From contig CAXHAT010000017.1 in assembly GCA_964014485.1 (NCBI GenBank), positions 1 to 59,060 of the forward strand: a stretch of 59,060 nucleotides of DNA. The letters are read 5' to 3'. The notes beneath the pieces are model-generated. The model worked only from the letters and a program-made list of their open reading frames with translations, was not told the origin of the DNA and searched no databases. Source of the DNA: an uncultured Deferribacteres bacterium (GTDB lineage Bacteria > Zhuqueibacterota > Zhuqueibacteria > Zhuqueibacterales > Geothermadaptataceae). The position numbers and the translations under genes were made by a program. Below, piece by piece: positions 30,638-40,761 of this stretch (position 1 is its first letter; each line of letters begins with the position of its first letter).

Positions 30638-31116
30638 TCTGTAAGTGCCAAAAGCGCATTTTTCGCAAGCGAGAACCTTGTTCTGCAGGAAGCGTTCTTT
30701 CAGAATCTGTCTTCCAAAGCTGTAGGAAATTTGCGGTTTAGCTGGTTCAAGAATCGACGGAAACAACAAAGTTTTCCGCAGATTGCCTTGATAACTGTAG
30801 ATTTCAATTAAAGAAGCGAGACAAGCAAGTCACACTTCTGAGGTGGAGAGACAATCACCTCGAAAATTATTGGGGGAATGGGGCAATCGCATCGGGTATC
30901 ATCGCTACAATTCTCCTCCATTCCTGATATTTCCGTTTCAATGTGGAAGTATTCCGCATTGACTCTCCTTTCTCAACGTTGCCAGGGACGGCTTTGGGTA
31001 ACGTTGCGCATTACTTCACAGACTTAAGATTTGAATGAGCAAGTACTATTCAAGTGACTTTCTGACAAAATCTTAGGTTATCTCATCAAACACTCTTTTA
31101 CAAATGGAGGTCGCAG

Positions 31117-34100
31117 ATGCAATCAAAAACCTGGGGTCCTATCTTTCACATTTCTAAACTTTCAGTTGTTTTATTGGCGCTTTTGTCTTCAAACATGGTT
31201 TTCTCACAGGACCAGCCGATGACTAATTTCATAGAGGCAGTCAGATCTTCGCCCTTTGATCCGCCCGAAGCGGATGACGAAAATTTCATTATCGACGATG
31301 GACCATTTCTGGATACCGGATGCACATTTCGTAGCGGTGGACCGCTGATTATTCAGTTCGAAGTTACCAGATTCGTCGGCAAAACCAAAGGAGACAACAC
31401 CTTAGATGACGATGTGCTCAAAACTTTACTGGATAATAAACTCATCTCAGAATTTCTTTCATTAGAGATGCCTGCTTTTGATGTTGATTTCTTTGCTCAA
31501 GTCAGTGGATTTCAACCGGAAAGAGATGATGTCTATTTCAATGATAAGAAAGTCGGTCAGCTTACGGGGGAAAACAACACCTGGATCTACAATACATTCC
31601 CGATACACATTAGTGATGTCAAATTTCCAAGCGCTCCAGCGGAAGGCGGGACAATTACTCCGATGGTCAATACGATAAGAATTGATATAGATGTAGCAAA
31701 TGCTGGAGTTGGGGAGTTTTGGTGTACAGCAATTGACTGGGTGTTGTTGCGAGGTCTCAAAGCATGGCGCCCGATTCTTCTTTTACACGGGTTCAATAGC
31801 AGTCCTGATATATGGGAAGACTTATGGATACCAAGGTTGGATGGACTTGAAATTCGCAATAATGCAGTTCAACTCGGCGGAACAGCTACGATTCAAGCGA
31901 ATAGCCATCAGGTGGGTGAAGAAGTCGAAGCGCTTAAGAACAGATATGGTGTATCGAAGATCAATATTGTCGCACATAGTAAAGGGGGGGTAGATTCACG
32001 CCGATATATTACGAATAACAACGATATTGAAGTCTTGTACCAGATCGGGACTCCCAATGCGGGAACACCAGTTGCAGAAAGATGGTCGTCAAGAAGAAGC
32101 TTTCGGCCAGGAATTCTCGATTTAACTCCAGATGCGATGGCGAGATTCAATCTGGCAAATGGCCAAAATCCTAGCACTCATATTATCTCAATGGCATGTG
32201 ATTTTACAGGAAATCGTGTACTATACGACTTGCCTTTCGCCGATGACGAGATCGTTCAGGTTTTCAGCGCGCATTCATTGAGCTATGCTACAAGGTTTCA
32301 ACTCACGTCTAGTGAAACAACTTGTAGGCATTTCAGTGTTCCGCTATTTGGAGGGGGGGTGTACAATTCGGAAGACATTTATAATACTCTACTCCCTTTT
32401 CTCGCCCCATTCAGACAAACCACTACACCGGTTCTTGCAACAAGCGGTTCGAATTATCAAATAGCTTCGATAGCGCAAGCGAGTAATAGCAGCTTTGGCG
32501 GGGTAAGAGCAGAAATGACATCGACAGAAGAAAACCCCCTAGGAAGGTTGGAACACACTAAAAGCTTCTCTGCCGAAATAGCGCACGGAGCTACAAACAC
32601 ACATTCTATAGCGCTTGATCCCGCTTCTCAAGCGTCTTTCCAGATATTATGGGGAAACGCAGATCTGGATTTGGTTTTAATTGATCCCGACGGGAACAGA
32701 ATTGATCCTTCTTTTGCTCAAAACGACCCGAATATTGAGTTCGCTTCTGTTCAAATCTTTGATGACTTCCAAGCAGAAACCTATTTTATCCAAAATCCGA
32801 AAAGCGGGAGTTGGACGACTGAAGTAACTGGCGCTAATGTGACTTCTCCTAACGGAGAATCATATTCTTTAACCGCATTCGTCAAAGAAACGGCTTTTAC
32901 TTACTCAACGAATACCAACTTAAGTTTCTATAGTAACGGTGCGCAGATTGAAATATCTAGCGAAGCCAAGGAAAATGGTAGTCCTGTAACAGGCTCTAGC
33001 GTCACCGCTACAGTCACATTACCGGACGAATCCACACAAACAATAACATTGTTTGATGACGGGACAAACGGAGACCCAGTTGCCAATGATGGCGTATACT
33101 TCAATGTTTTCTCCAATACAACTCAATCAGGCACTTACAGCATACGATCCACTGTTGAACGAACTACATCCGTCAAGTTTTCGCGAGAAGTCTTAAGGAC
33201 GGTAACGGTTTCTCAAAGCGGCTCGGAATTTGATGGGGCATTCAATGATGCTGGGCACGACAGCAATGGCAATGGGTTGTTCGAAGAACTTAGAATCGAA
33301 ATTGGAGTTGATATCGACACCGAAGGCGAGTACGCCGTAACAGGCCTACTCAAAGATTCTAACGGCAATATAATCGATATTTCCACGACTTCGTCTACTC
33401 TAGGAGTCGGAAGCCATACCGTGAATCTGTCATTCGACGGTCGTCTTATCTTTCAAAACGGCGTAGATGGTCCATATAGCATTGAGCAACTCGTTCTTAC
33501 TGAGATAACGACGCAAGAGCAACTCATTGTTGATTTCATTGCCAATGCTCATACAACATCAACCCATAAACCGAGTGACTTTGAACGACCAGAAATATTT
33601 CTGACTGGCGGTTCAGGGGACTTTGGCACGGATACAGACAACAACGGTTTGTTTGATCTTTTAACAGTCCAGACCGAAGTGAACTTACTGAAGACCGACT
33701 TTTATGAATGGAGTGCAAAGTTGGTCGATGGCAACGGCAACGAGATCGATTTTGCGGGAAACTCATCCACATTGAACGCAGGTGTTGTCAATATTGACTT
33801 TGTATTCGAAGGTATAAAGATCGGCGATAACGGTGTCGACGGACCATTCTTCGTCAAAGATCTGCTAATCTTTGGAAGAGGTGGAGCCAATCTAGTTGCC
33901 AATGATGTCGCTGCTACCCAAGCCTACGAGTTCTCTCAATTCGAACGATCCGTCACCCCTCCGACGGCTGATGCAGGCGAAGATCATGGTATTTGCTTAG
34001 ACGATTCCGTCACCATCGGCGGGGCGCCGACGGCGACGGACGGGACGCCGCCCTATTCGTACAGTTGGACGCCGGTCGACGGCTTGGATGATCCGACTGC

Positions 34101-35535
34101 CTCGAATCCGAAAGCGGCTCCAGACGCGACGACGGAATACACTGTTGAAGTCACGGACGCTAACGGCTTGACCGACACCGACGCTGTCACAGTGACGGTG
34201 CTGCCGTTGCCGGTGGCGGACGCAGGCGATGACGCTGCGATTTGTGTGGGCGAGTTGGCCACGATTGGCGGAGTTGTCACGGCTTCCGGCGGCACTGGAC
34301 CGTACGCTATTTCCTGGTCTCCGGAAATCGGGCTGGACGATCCGACTGCGGCCAATCCGGTTGCGGCGCCGAGCAAGACCACAACTTACACAGTTACGGT
34401 CACAGATGCTAATGGCTGTTCGCAGAGCGATGAAGTCACTGTCACGGTACACGATTTTGTGTTTCTTGCCGACGACGACGTTCGAATCAACAAATATCGC
34501 CCTTCCACCGGCAATATTCATTCAAACGGTCGCATCGCCATATACCCGGGTCATCCAAGTGAAATGGTTGGAAATTTGACGGCAGGCATTTACGCCGCAT
34601 TGGGGCCGTTTAATACACTCGACGGTGACGTGACTGCCGGCGATTCCGCACGCGTTGCGCGTTCCGCCGTTGTCACTGGCACAGTTACAGCTCCGGCAGA
34701 AGTGGCACTCATTTCAATGCCGGTTCTTGACTTCACCGCTGGCGGTGACGATGTTCTCGTCCTCAAACGTGGCGTGGTCGATCTAGCGCCAGGTTCTTAT
34801 AATCGGGCGGGTCTCGAAGCGTTAGCAACTCTGAACTTGCGAGCAGGCGATTATTACTTCAACAAGCTTGAGGTCGGAACGGGCGCAACGCTTGCCGCCG
34901 ACGTCACCGACGGCCCGGTACGCATTCATATCGTTCATCAGATGGAAATGAGCGATTTTTCACAGGTCGTCATCTCTCCAGACGCAGAAGCAAGCGACCA
35001 AGTGATTTTTAAGTCAATGCAAATCGGCAGTTTGCACATTGGTGAACGCGCTTCTATTCGCGGGGCGATTCTCGCGCCAAAAGCTATCGTGAAATTTGAA
35101 GAACATTGTTCTTTCAAAGGATCGATTTGTGCGTATGCAATTGGCATGGAAAAAGGCATGACTTTCACCCGCCATTTTCCGGAAGATCTGGACAATAGCG
35201 CCGTCGAACTCGCGAGAGCCAAGAATGATCTGAGTGCGGTCACCGAAACGGTTGTCACGAATTTTGAATTGGCGCAAAACTACCCGAATCCATTCAACCC
35301 GAGCACGACAATTCGTTTTGCCATTCCGAGAAGCACTGATGTTTCCCTGGCGATTTTCGATGTCAGCGGCAAACTCGTCCGAACGCTTGTCGCGCAGTCC
35401 ATGCCCAGTGGACGACACAGCGTCGTTTGGGACGGCACAAATGAAACCGGTGCGAAAGTTTCGAGCGGTATTTATATCTATCGCTTGCAAGCCGATGATT
35501 TTGTCGCTCGGAAAAAGCTGATTTTGGCAAAGTAG
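31117..35535 (+). CDS. Large secreted alpha/beta-hydrolase (lipase/esterase-like) with choice-of-anchor-X-like, repeated Ig/PKD-like and FlgD/T9SS-like C-terminal domains
   Basis: GGAGG RBS, signal peptide; LLHGF, VAHSKGG, IGTPNAGT; LFDDGTNGDPVANDGVY; 2x DxxxNGLF modules; 2x ADAG..W.P..GLDDPTA; FELAQNYPNPFNPSTTIRF. Confidence 0.85.
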   Translation: MQSKTWGPIFHISKLSVVLLALLSSNMVFSQDQPMTNFIEAVRSSPFDPPEADDENFIIDDGPFLDTGCTFRSGGPLIIQFEVTRFVGKTKGDNTLDDDVLKTLLDNKLISEFLSLEMPAFDVDFFAQVSGFQPERDDVYFNDKKVGQLTGENNTWIYNTFPIHISDVKFPSAPAEGGTITPMVNTIRIDIDVANAGVGEFWCTAIDWVLLRGLKAWRPILLLHGFNSSPDIWEDLWIPRLDGLEIRNNAVQLGGTATIQANSHQVGEEVEALKNRYGVSKINIVAHSKGGVDSRRYITNNNDIEVLYQIGTPNAGTPVAERWSSRRSFRPGILDLTPDAMARFNLANGQNPSTHIISMACDFTGNRVLYDLPFADDEIVQVFSAHSLSYATRFQLTSSETTCRHFSVPLFGGGVYNSEDIYNTLLPFLAPFRQTTTPVLATSGSNYQIASIAQASNSSFGGVRAEMTSTEENPLGRLEHTKSFSAEIAHGATNTHSIALDPASQASFQILWGNADLDLVLIDPDGNRIDPSFAQNDPNIEFASVQIFDDFQAETYFIQNPKSGSWTTEVTGANVTSPNGESYSLTAFVKETAFTYSTNTNLSFYSNGAQIEISSEAKENGSPVTGSSVTATVTLPDESTQTITLFDDGTNGDPVANDGVYFNVFSNTTQSGTYSIRSTVERTTSVKFSREVLRTVTVSQSGSEFDGAFNDAGHDSNGNGLFEELRIEIGVDIDTEGEYAVTGLLKDSNGNIIDISTTSSTLGVGSHTVNLSFDGRLIFQNGVDGPYSIEQLVLTEITTQEQLIVDFIANAHTTSTHKPSDFERPEIFLTGGSGDFGTDTDNNGLFDLLTVQTEVNLLKTDFYEWSAKLVDGNGNEIDFAGNSSTLNAGVVNIDFVFEGIKIGDNGVDGPFFVKDLLIFGRGGANLVANDVAATQAYEFSQFERSVTPPTADAGEDHGICLDDSVTIGGAPTATDGTPPYSYSWTPVDGLDDPTASNPKAAPDATTEYTVEVTDANGLTDTDAVTVTVLPLPVADAGDDAAICVGELATIGGVVTASGGTGPYAISWSPEIGLDDPTAANPVAAPSKTTTYTVTVTDANGCSQSDEVTVTVHDFVFLADDDVRINKYRPSTGNIHSNGRIAIYPGHPSEMVGNLTAGIYAALGPFNTLDGDVTAGDSARVARSAVVTGTVTAPAEVALISMPVLDFTAGGDDVLVLKRGVVDLAPGSYNRAGLEALATLNLRAGDYYFNKLEVGTGATLAADVTDGPVRIHIVHQMEMSDFSQVVISPDAEASDQVIFKSMQIGSLHIGERASIRGAILAPKAIVKFEEHCSFKGSICAYAIGMEKGMTFTRHFPEDLDNSAVELARAKNDLSAVTETVVTNFELAQNYPNPFNPSTTIRFAIPRSTDVSLAIFDVSGKLVRTLVAQSMPSGRHSVVWDGTNETGAKVSSGIYIYRLQADDFVARKKLILAK

Positions 35536-35570
35536 TTTCTTGAAAAAAGTCACACTTTAAAATCGATTGT

Positions 35571-35606
35571 CAAAAACGGCAGCTTCATTTGGAGCTGCCG
35601 TTTTTG
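35571..35606 (+). terminator. Intrinsic terminator-like hairpin
   Basis: CAAAAACGGCAGCTTC-ATTT-GGAGCTGCCGTTTTTG after the stop. Confidence 0.75.
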
Positions 35607-35705
35607 TTTGTAACAACCGCAGTGCGATTCCCTTTGCTCCAGACTTGAGACGCGTTTAGTTTTCCAATATTCTGATTTGGACATGACTCGGGTGGAGGAA
35701 AAGTA

Positions 35706-38303
35706 ATGACTCGTCGGTTGTTTGTAGTTTTTTTTGTATGCCTGTTTGCCTGCCAGCAGGAGCCGCAGCCAAGTGAATTCCAGGGTCACTGGCCTGCACA
35801 TATTGAACGTGTTTGGATCGGGCCGGAGTATTGGGCGAATCGGTTGCAGGATTGGCGAATCGCAGACGGCCGTCTGGAATGCGTTTTTAGCGGCGAAAAT
35901 CGCAGCGTAAATCTCTTAACGCGCGAACTTTCAACGAAGCCGGGCGATTTTTCCGTTCGCGCACGGGTTGGTCTGTTGTCGCCAGAAAGTGCCGAGATAA
36001 AAGACGCCTGGGTTGGATTCCGGCTGGGCGTAAAAGGGCGATTTGATGATTATCGCGACAGCGCCGTTCACGGCGTTGGGTTCAACGCCGGCATTTCCAC
36101 GGAAGGCGGATTATTTTTGAGCGAAAATAGTGTCCGGCACGCTGAAGCAGATCTGCTCGATAAATTGAGCGGCTCTGGAATTGAACTCGCATTAGAAGGA
36201 ACTGCGCGAGAAAATCAATATCATCTGAAATTGCAAGCTCTCCACCCTGCGAACGGCGCAGTGATTTCGGAAATTGAGCGAGGGCGCGTCCCATTAGATT
36301 CACTGGCGGGATTGTTTTCGCTTGTCAGCCATTTCCCGACAAAAGATAATGCACGTGAAAAGCCGTCTGCCTGGTTTTCGGATTGGCGCATCACAGGCGA
36401 AAATATTGAAGCGCACGAAGATCGAACGTTTGGGCCGATTTTGTGGGCGCAGTATACGTTGAGCAAAAACGTGCTGAAATTGACCGCGCAAATGCCGCCG
36501 CTTTCCGTTGAAGACACTCAGGTCGTAAGACTACAAATTGAGCAAAACGGCGAGTGGAAAACAGCGGCGGAATCAGACATTGACGCTCTTGCAAGAACAG
36601 CGCATTTTCGGTTGGAAAACTGGGACGGCGGGCAACGAAAGAAATACCGTTTGGCGTATGATCTTTCCGTTGGTGAAAACAAAACGAAAACGTATTTTCA
36701 CGAAGGCGTTTTTCGGCGCGAACCTTCCGACAAGAACGATTTTACGATCGGCGCCTTGACCTGTAACAACGATTTGGGCTTTCCGCAACAAGAACTCGTC
36801 GCCAACCTAAAAAAACATGACCCCGATATTTTGTTTTTTGCCGGAGACCAAATTTACGAAGGCGTTGGCGGTTACGGCGTTCAACGCGCACCGTTTGAAA
36901 AAGCGCAACTAGATTACTTGCGCAAGTGGTACCTATTCGGATGGGCTTTTGGAGACATTTTGCGCGACCGGCCGATGATCGCGATTACTGACGATCATGA
37001 CGTGTATCACGGCAATATTTGGGGGCAGAGCGGCAAGGCGACCGGCACGGACGGAACGCAGTCGGACATGCAGGATACCGGCGGCTACAAGATGTTTCCC
37101 GAGTGGGTCAGGCTGGTCGAAAAGACGCAAACGAGCCACCTGCCCGATCCTCACGATCCGTCGCCGATCGATCAAGGGATCGGCGTTTATTATTGCGAAG
37201 TGAATTACGGCGGCGTGAGCTTCGCTGTACTGGAAGATCGAAAATTTAAGTCCGCGCCAAAGCCGTTGCTGCCCAGAGCGAAAATCTGGAACGGCTGGCC
37301 GCAGAACCCGGATTTTAACCCAAAAACCGAGGCCGATCTCCCCAATGCAAAACTATTGGGTGAGCGACAACTCGACTTTTTAGAAAAATGGACGGCTGAC
37401 TGGTCAAATGGTACGTGGATGAAAGTGGCGCTTTCGCAAACCATTTTCACCAATCTCGCAACATTGCCGCATGACGCTACCAGCGATCAGGTCGTGCCGG
37501 GAATGAAAGTTTATCAACTGGGCGAATATGCTGAGAACGACAAAATGGTCAGCGATTTTGACTCGAACGGCTGGCCGCAAACTCCGCGCAACGATGCTTT
37601 GAAAATCTTACGCAAAGGATTCGCCTTTCATATCGCAGGCGATCAACATCTCGGAAGTACAGTTCAATACGGCATCGAAAATTGGAACGACGCCGCGTAC
37701 GCTCTCTGCGTTCCGGCAATCTCGAACATTTGGCCGCGACGATGGTTTCCCCCGCCTTCTTTGGGTAAGAATCGCAAGCCGGGTACGCCAAAATACACCG
37801 GTGAGTTCGAAGATGGTTTTGGTAATAAAATTACCGTTCACGCCATCGCCAATCCGCGCCAGACGGATCGAAAACCGGCGCGGCTTTATGAGCGTGTTCC
37901 GGGTTACGGCATTGTGCGCTTGAATAAAGAAACGCGCAACATAACCTTTGAAAATTGGCCGAGCTGGGTTGATCCGTCTGGGCCAAACGCCCGACCGTAC
38001 GCCGATTGGCCGGTCGTTTTCAACCAAAACGACAATTTTCCACACACACGCGACGCCAATTATTTACCTGGGTTCAAGGTCAGCGGCATAAAAAATCCGG
38101 TTTTACAAGTGATCGATGAGACGAACGGCGAGATCGTGCAAACGTTGCGAATCAGCGGGGATTATTTTAAGCCAAGAGTTTTGAAAGACGGAAAGTATAC
38201 AATTCGAATCGGCGAGCCGGGGACGGAAAAAATGCAGGAATTTCGAAGCGTTTCAACCAGACCGGATTATGCAAAGTCTGTCAGGCTTGTTGAGTTTGAA
38301 TGA
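35706..38303 (+). CDS. PhoD-like alkaline phosphatase D family lipoprotein
   Basis: LFAC lipobox; FAGDQIYE, DDHDV, EDRKFK, DSNGWP, AGDQHLG. Confidence 0.85.
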   Translation: MTRRLFVVFFVCLFACQQEPQPSEFQGHWPAHIERVWIGPEYWANRLQDWRIADGRLECVFSGENRSVNLLTRELSTKPGDFSVRARVGLLSPESAEIKDAWVGFRLGVKGRFDDYRDSAVHGVGFNAGISTEGGLFLSENSVRHAEADLLDKLSGSGIELALEGTARENQYHLKLQALHPANGAVISEIERGRVPLDSLAGLFSLVSHFPTKDNAREKPSAWFSDWRITGENIEAHEDRTFGPILWAQYTLSKNVLKLTAQMPPLSVEDTQVVRLQIEQNGEWKTAAESDIDALARTAHFRLENWDGGQRKKYRLAYDLSVGENKTKTYFHEGVFRREPSDKNDFTIGALTCNNDLGFPQQELVANLKKHDPDILFFAGDQIYEGVGGYGVQRAPFEKAQLDYLRKWYLFGWAFGDILRDRPMIAITDDHDVYHGNIWGQSGKATGTDGTQSDMQDTGGYKMFPEWVRLVEKTQTSHLPDPHDPSPIDQGIGVYYCEVNYGGVSFAVLEDRKFKSAPKPLLPRAKIWNGWPQNPDFNPKTEADLPNAKLLGERQLDFLEKWTADWSNGTWMKVALSQTIFTNLATLPHDATSDQVVPGMKVYQLGEYAENDKMVSDFDSNGWPQTPRNDALKILRKGFAFHIAGDQHLGSTVQYGIENWNDAAYALCVPAISNIWPRRWFPPPSLGKNRKPGTPKYTGEFEDGFGNKITVHAIANPRQTDRKPARLYERVPGYGIVRLNKETRNITFENWPSWVDPSGPNARPYADWPVVFNQNDNFPHTRDANYLPGFKVSGIKNPVLQVIDETNGEIVQTLRISGDYFKPRVLKDGKYTIRIGEPGTEKMQEFRSVSTRPDYAKSVRLVEFE

Positions 38304-38317
38304 AAACGGGGTTATTA

Positions 38318-38426
38318 AGGAGTGCATGGCTTGCCTTGCTACTATTGAAAGCTTCCCCGGACATTTCGTCGGTGCTTGAGCTTCTTTTCGCTGTCAGCAA
38401 AAAAGCAAAGCAAGCTTTGCACTCCT
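38318..38426. repeat. GGAG-type REP doublet between convergent genes
   Basis: AGGAGTGCATGGCTTGCCTTGC ... GCAAAGCAAGCTTTGCACTCCT. Confidence 0.85.
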
Positions 38427-38434
38427 GAATGCGA

Positions 38435-39451
38435 TTAAATCCACACATTAAATCCCTGATTGCAATTGCGGCAGATTTCGATCTCGTCGCGTTGGTTGAG
38501 CATGTTTTTTCGAAACGCATTGTATTCGTTTTTACTCCAAACCTGGACGAATTTTTCTCCGTTCGTTGTGTCGCCCATCGTATGTGCGCCATTCTTGTCG
38601 AAGCAGCAGGGGACGACCGTTCCATCCCAATTCATGAGCGTTGAGAGCCACGGACGCGGACAGACGCTACGCCCGTTTCGCCGCACTTTGATCGCATCTT
38701 CCAGGACTTCGTAGCGCTGGAAATTTTCATTTTTAGGCATCCACTCCAGCGCTTCGTCATGCGTTTCCACTTGAATATTCTTGAGCAACAGACGATCTAT
38801 TTCCAGCTCTTTGGCCACGCGTTTAACTTCTTCAATTTCATGTTCATTGTGCCGCATGACCAAAAATTGCAGCAAAATATACGGCGTTTTGCTTCCGGCT
38901 TTCTTCTTGGCGGCGACCAAATTGCGCACTCCTGAAAGCACGCGCTCAAGTTCTCCTTTCACACGATATTTTTCATAAGTCTTCTGCGTCACGCCGTCCA
39001 GCGAAACGATCATTGCGTCAAGTCCGGCTTCGACGGTACGCTCGGCGTTCTGCGGCGTCAAATAATGCGCATTCGTGCTCGTTTCAGTATAAAGCTTGTG
39101 CTTTTTAGCATATCTCACGCAATCCAGAAAGCCGTTGTTCAAGTATGGTTCGCCTTGGTGATAGAGAATTACGTACCAGATTTTATCGCCGATTTCATCG
39201 ATCACGCGTTGAAATGTTTCCGGGTGCATTCGGCCTTGCGAACGCGTCAGTTTGCCGCTACCTGTCACGCAAAGTGGGCAATCAAGGTTGCAGTAGTTTG
39301 TCGGTTCAACCGTGAGAACCGGCGGAAGCCCCCAGATTATTGGACGGCGCAAGGCAACGGAAGCGGCGAAACCGCCGATTGATTGAGCTACATTTATAAA
39401 GCGGCGCGGTGTAAACGATTTCAGCGCTTGGCTGATGATGAAATCCTGCAC
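38435..39451 (-). CDS. Radical SAM protein with SPASM/twitch domain
   Basis: CNLDCPLC motif; C-terminal CPRPW...VPCCFD...CRNC. Confidence 0.92.
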   Translation of the reverse strand: MQDFIISQALKSFTPRRFINVAQSIGGFAASVALRRPIIWGLPPVLTVEPTNYCNLDCPLCVTGSGKLTRSQGRMHPETFQRVIDEIGDKIWYVILYHQGEPYLNNGFLDCVRYAKKHKLYTETSTNAHYLTPQNAERTVEAGLDAMIVSLDGVTQKTYEKYRVKGELERVLSGVRNLVAAKKKAGSKTPYILLQFLVMRHNEHEIEEVKRVAKELEIDRLLLKNIQVETHDEALEWMPKNENFQRYEVLEDAIKVRRNGRSVCPRPWLSTLMNWDGTVVPCCFDKNGAHTMGDTTNGEKFVQVWSKNEYNAFRKNMLNQRDEIEICRNCNQGFNVWI

Positions 39452-39460
39452 TTTTCAATT

Positions 39461-40276
39461 CTATCCAAATTTTGTGTTAAACTTTTCTCGAAGCCGCGTC
39501 GCTTGCCAATCACAAATATCGGACAGATTTGCAACCGGAACATTTGTGTGAGGCAACGTGTGTAGGTACATAGGCGGGCCATACTCGGGAGTCAAGGTGG
39601 AAACGGCTTGATTCCGTTCATTTTGTGAGGTCCAAATGACGTCCCACCATCGCTCATGTGCCTGGACAAACGGCTGATACTCCGGCGCTCGCGGATCCGG
39701 AACTTGAGGCCCTTCCGGAAAACCAACGCGAGCGTGAAGATGAATGGTTCGTTCCGCGCATTGCCGGATGATTTCGATCTGGTCGTCGATAATCCGCTCG
39801 CAGACGCAAACCCAATGGCTAAAATCGCTGCATAGTTTTAAATCGACAAAGTGATCCAGCAATCGCGAAGTGATCCACGGATTGTAGAGAATTCGCCCGC
39901 GATGCGTCTCGTGTGCAACCGGCGTTTCCAGGTCAGCTTCTATTTGCAATGCTTCATGAAAAAACTGAACGCTCTCTTCGTGTGAGAAAGCGTCTTTCCC
40001 GCTGTGACAATTGATCATCATTGGGCGAAGTTCTGAAGCGACAAAAGCTTGTTCGCGGAACGATTCGATATGTTCCTTCACAGAATCGCCGACAGTGTAG
40101 ATCATCTGAATCGATTTGAAATCGTGCCGCTCCATCTGCGCATGAAACGCCTGGGCGTCTTCGACTTGGGAGAGCGAAATTTCAATGCCGTCGTATCCCT
40201 TCGCCGCGGAATCAGCATAATGCGCGTCCCATGGCGGCTCAACGCCCCAAACGTGGCGAAATATTAGAAGCTTCAT
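39461..40276 (-). CDS. Sugar phosphate isomerase/epimerase, TIM barrel family
   Basis: GYDGIE, HETHRGR, DFSHW, HLHARVG, TPEYGP. Confidence 0.88.
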   Translation of the reverse strand: MKLLIFRHVWGVEPPWDAHYADSAAKGYDGIEISLSQVEDAQAFHAQMERHDFKSIQMIYTVGDSVKEHIESFREQAFVASELRPMMINCHSGKDAFSHEESVQFFHEALQIEADLETPVAHETHRGRILYNPWITSRLLDHFVDLKLCSDFSHWVCVCERIIDDQIEIIRQCAERTIHLHARVGFPEGPQVPDPRAPEYQPFVQAHERWWDVIWTSQNERNQAVSTLTPEYGPPMYLHTLPHTNVPVANLSDICDWQATRLREKFNTKFG

Positions 40277-40499
40277 GAATTTTTCCTTCCAGTCCTTTCT
40301 TGCGAAAGTTTTGTTTCCATTCGCAAATGTACAAGGCTATTGAAACGGAATCTCTTTGTCCGCGATTTTTCTTGCGCGCGATGATTTTCAATGTAAAACA
40401 GGAAGTGCTAATTTAAGCCGAATCATATGAGCTGAGAATACGATGCGCCTTTTTACACTTACATTTTTTGGGGGAATCGCTTTCAACTATTCCCCAAAC

Positions 40500-40745
40500 A
40501 TGGCTCAGAAGAACCCGGCGTTTACAAATCTATAGACGGCGAGCAAACGTGAAAAAAAAGCTTCAAAGGCATGGATCGTCTCGACGTTCGCTCAATAGCG
40601 GTTGCCCCTACGAGTTCCGAAAGTCTATGCGGGAACGCTCGGCGGCGGCGTTTTTCGATCCAATGACGGCGGTCAGACGTGGAAGTACGCCGGTCTCCGC
40701 AACGGCTATGTGGATGATGCTCAAAATCTTCTAAAACGCCCGTGA
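40500..40745 (+). pseudogene. Remnant of a BNR/Asp-box beta-propeller gene
   Basis: GVYKSIDGEQT*KK..GMDRLDVRSIAVAP, frameshift near 40620, then VYAGTLGGGVFRSNDGGQTW. Confidence 0.75.
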
Positions 40746-40761
40746 TCTGGGCAAAGAAGCT

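Noticed and set aside
38435..39451. RiPP cluster around the radical SAM/SPASM gene
   Set aside because: No precursor peptide, RRE domain or peptide exporter nearby
40468..40734. 88-aa ORF, or TGA recoding at 40550
   Set aside because: The meaningful motifs lie in other frames with a frameshift; TGA is used as a normal stop in many genes here
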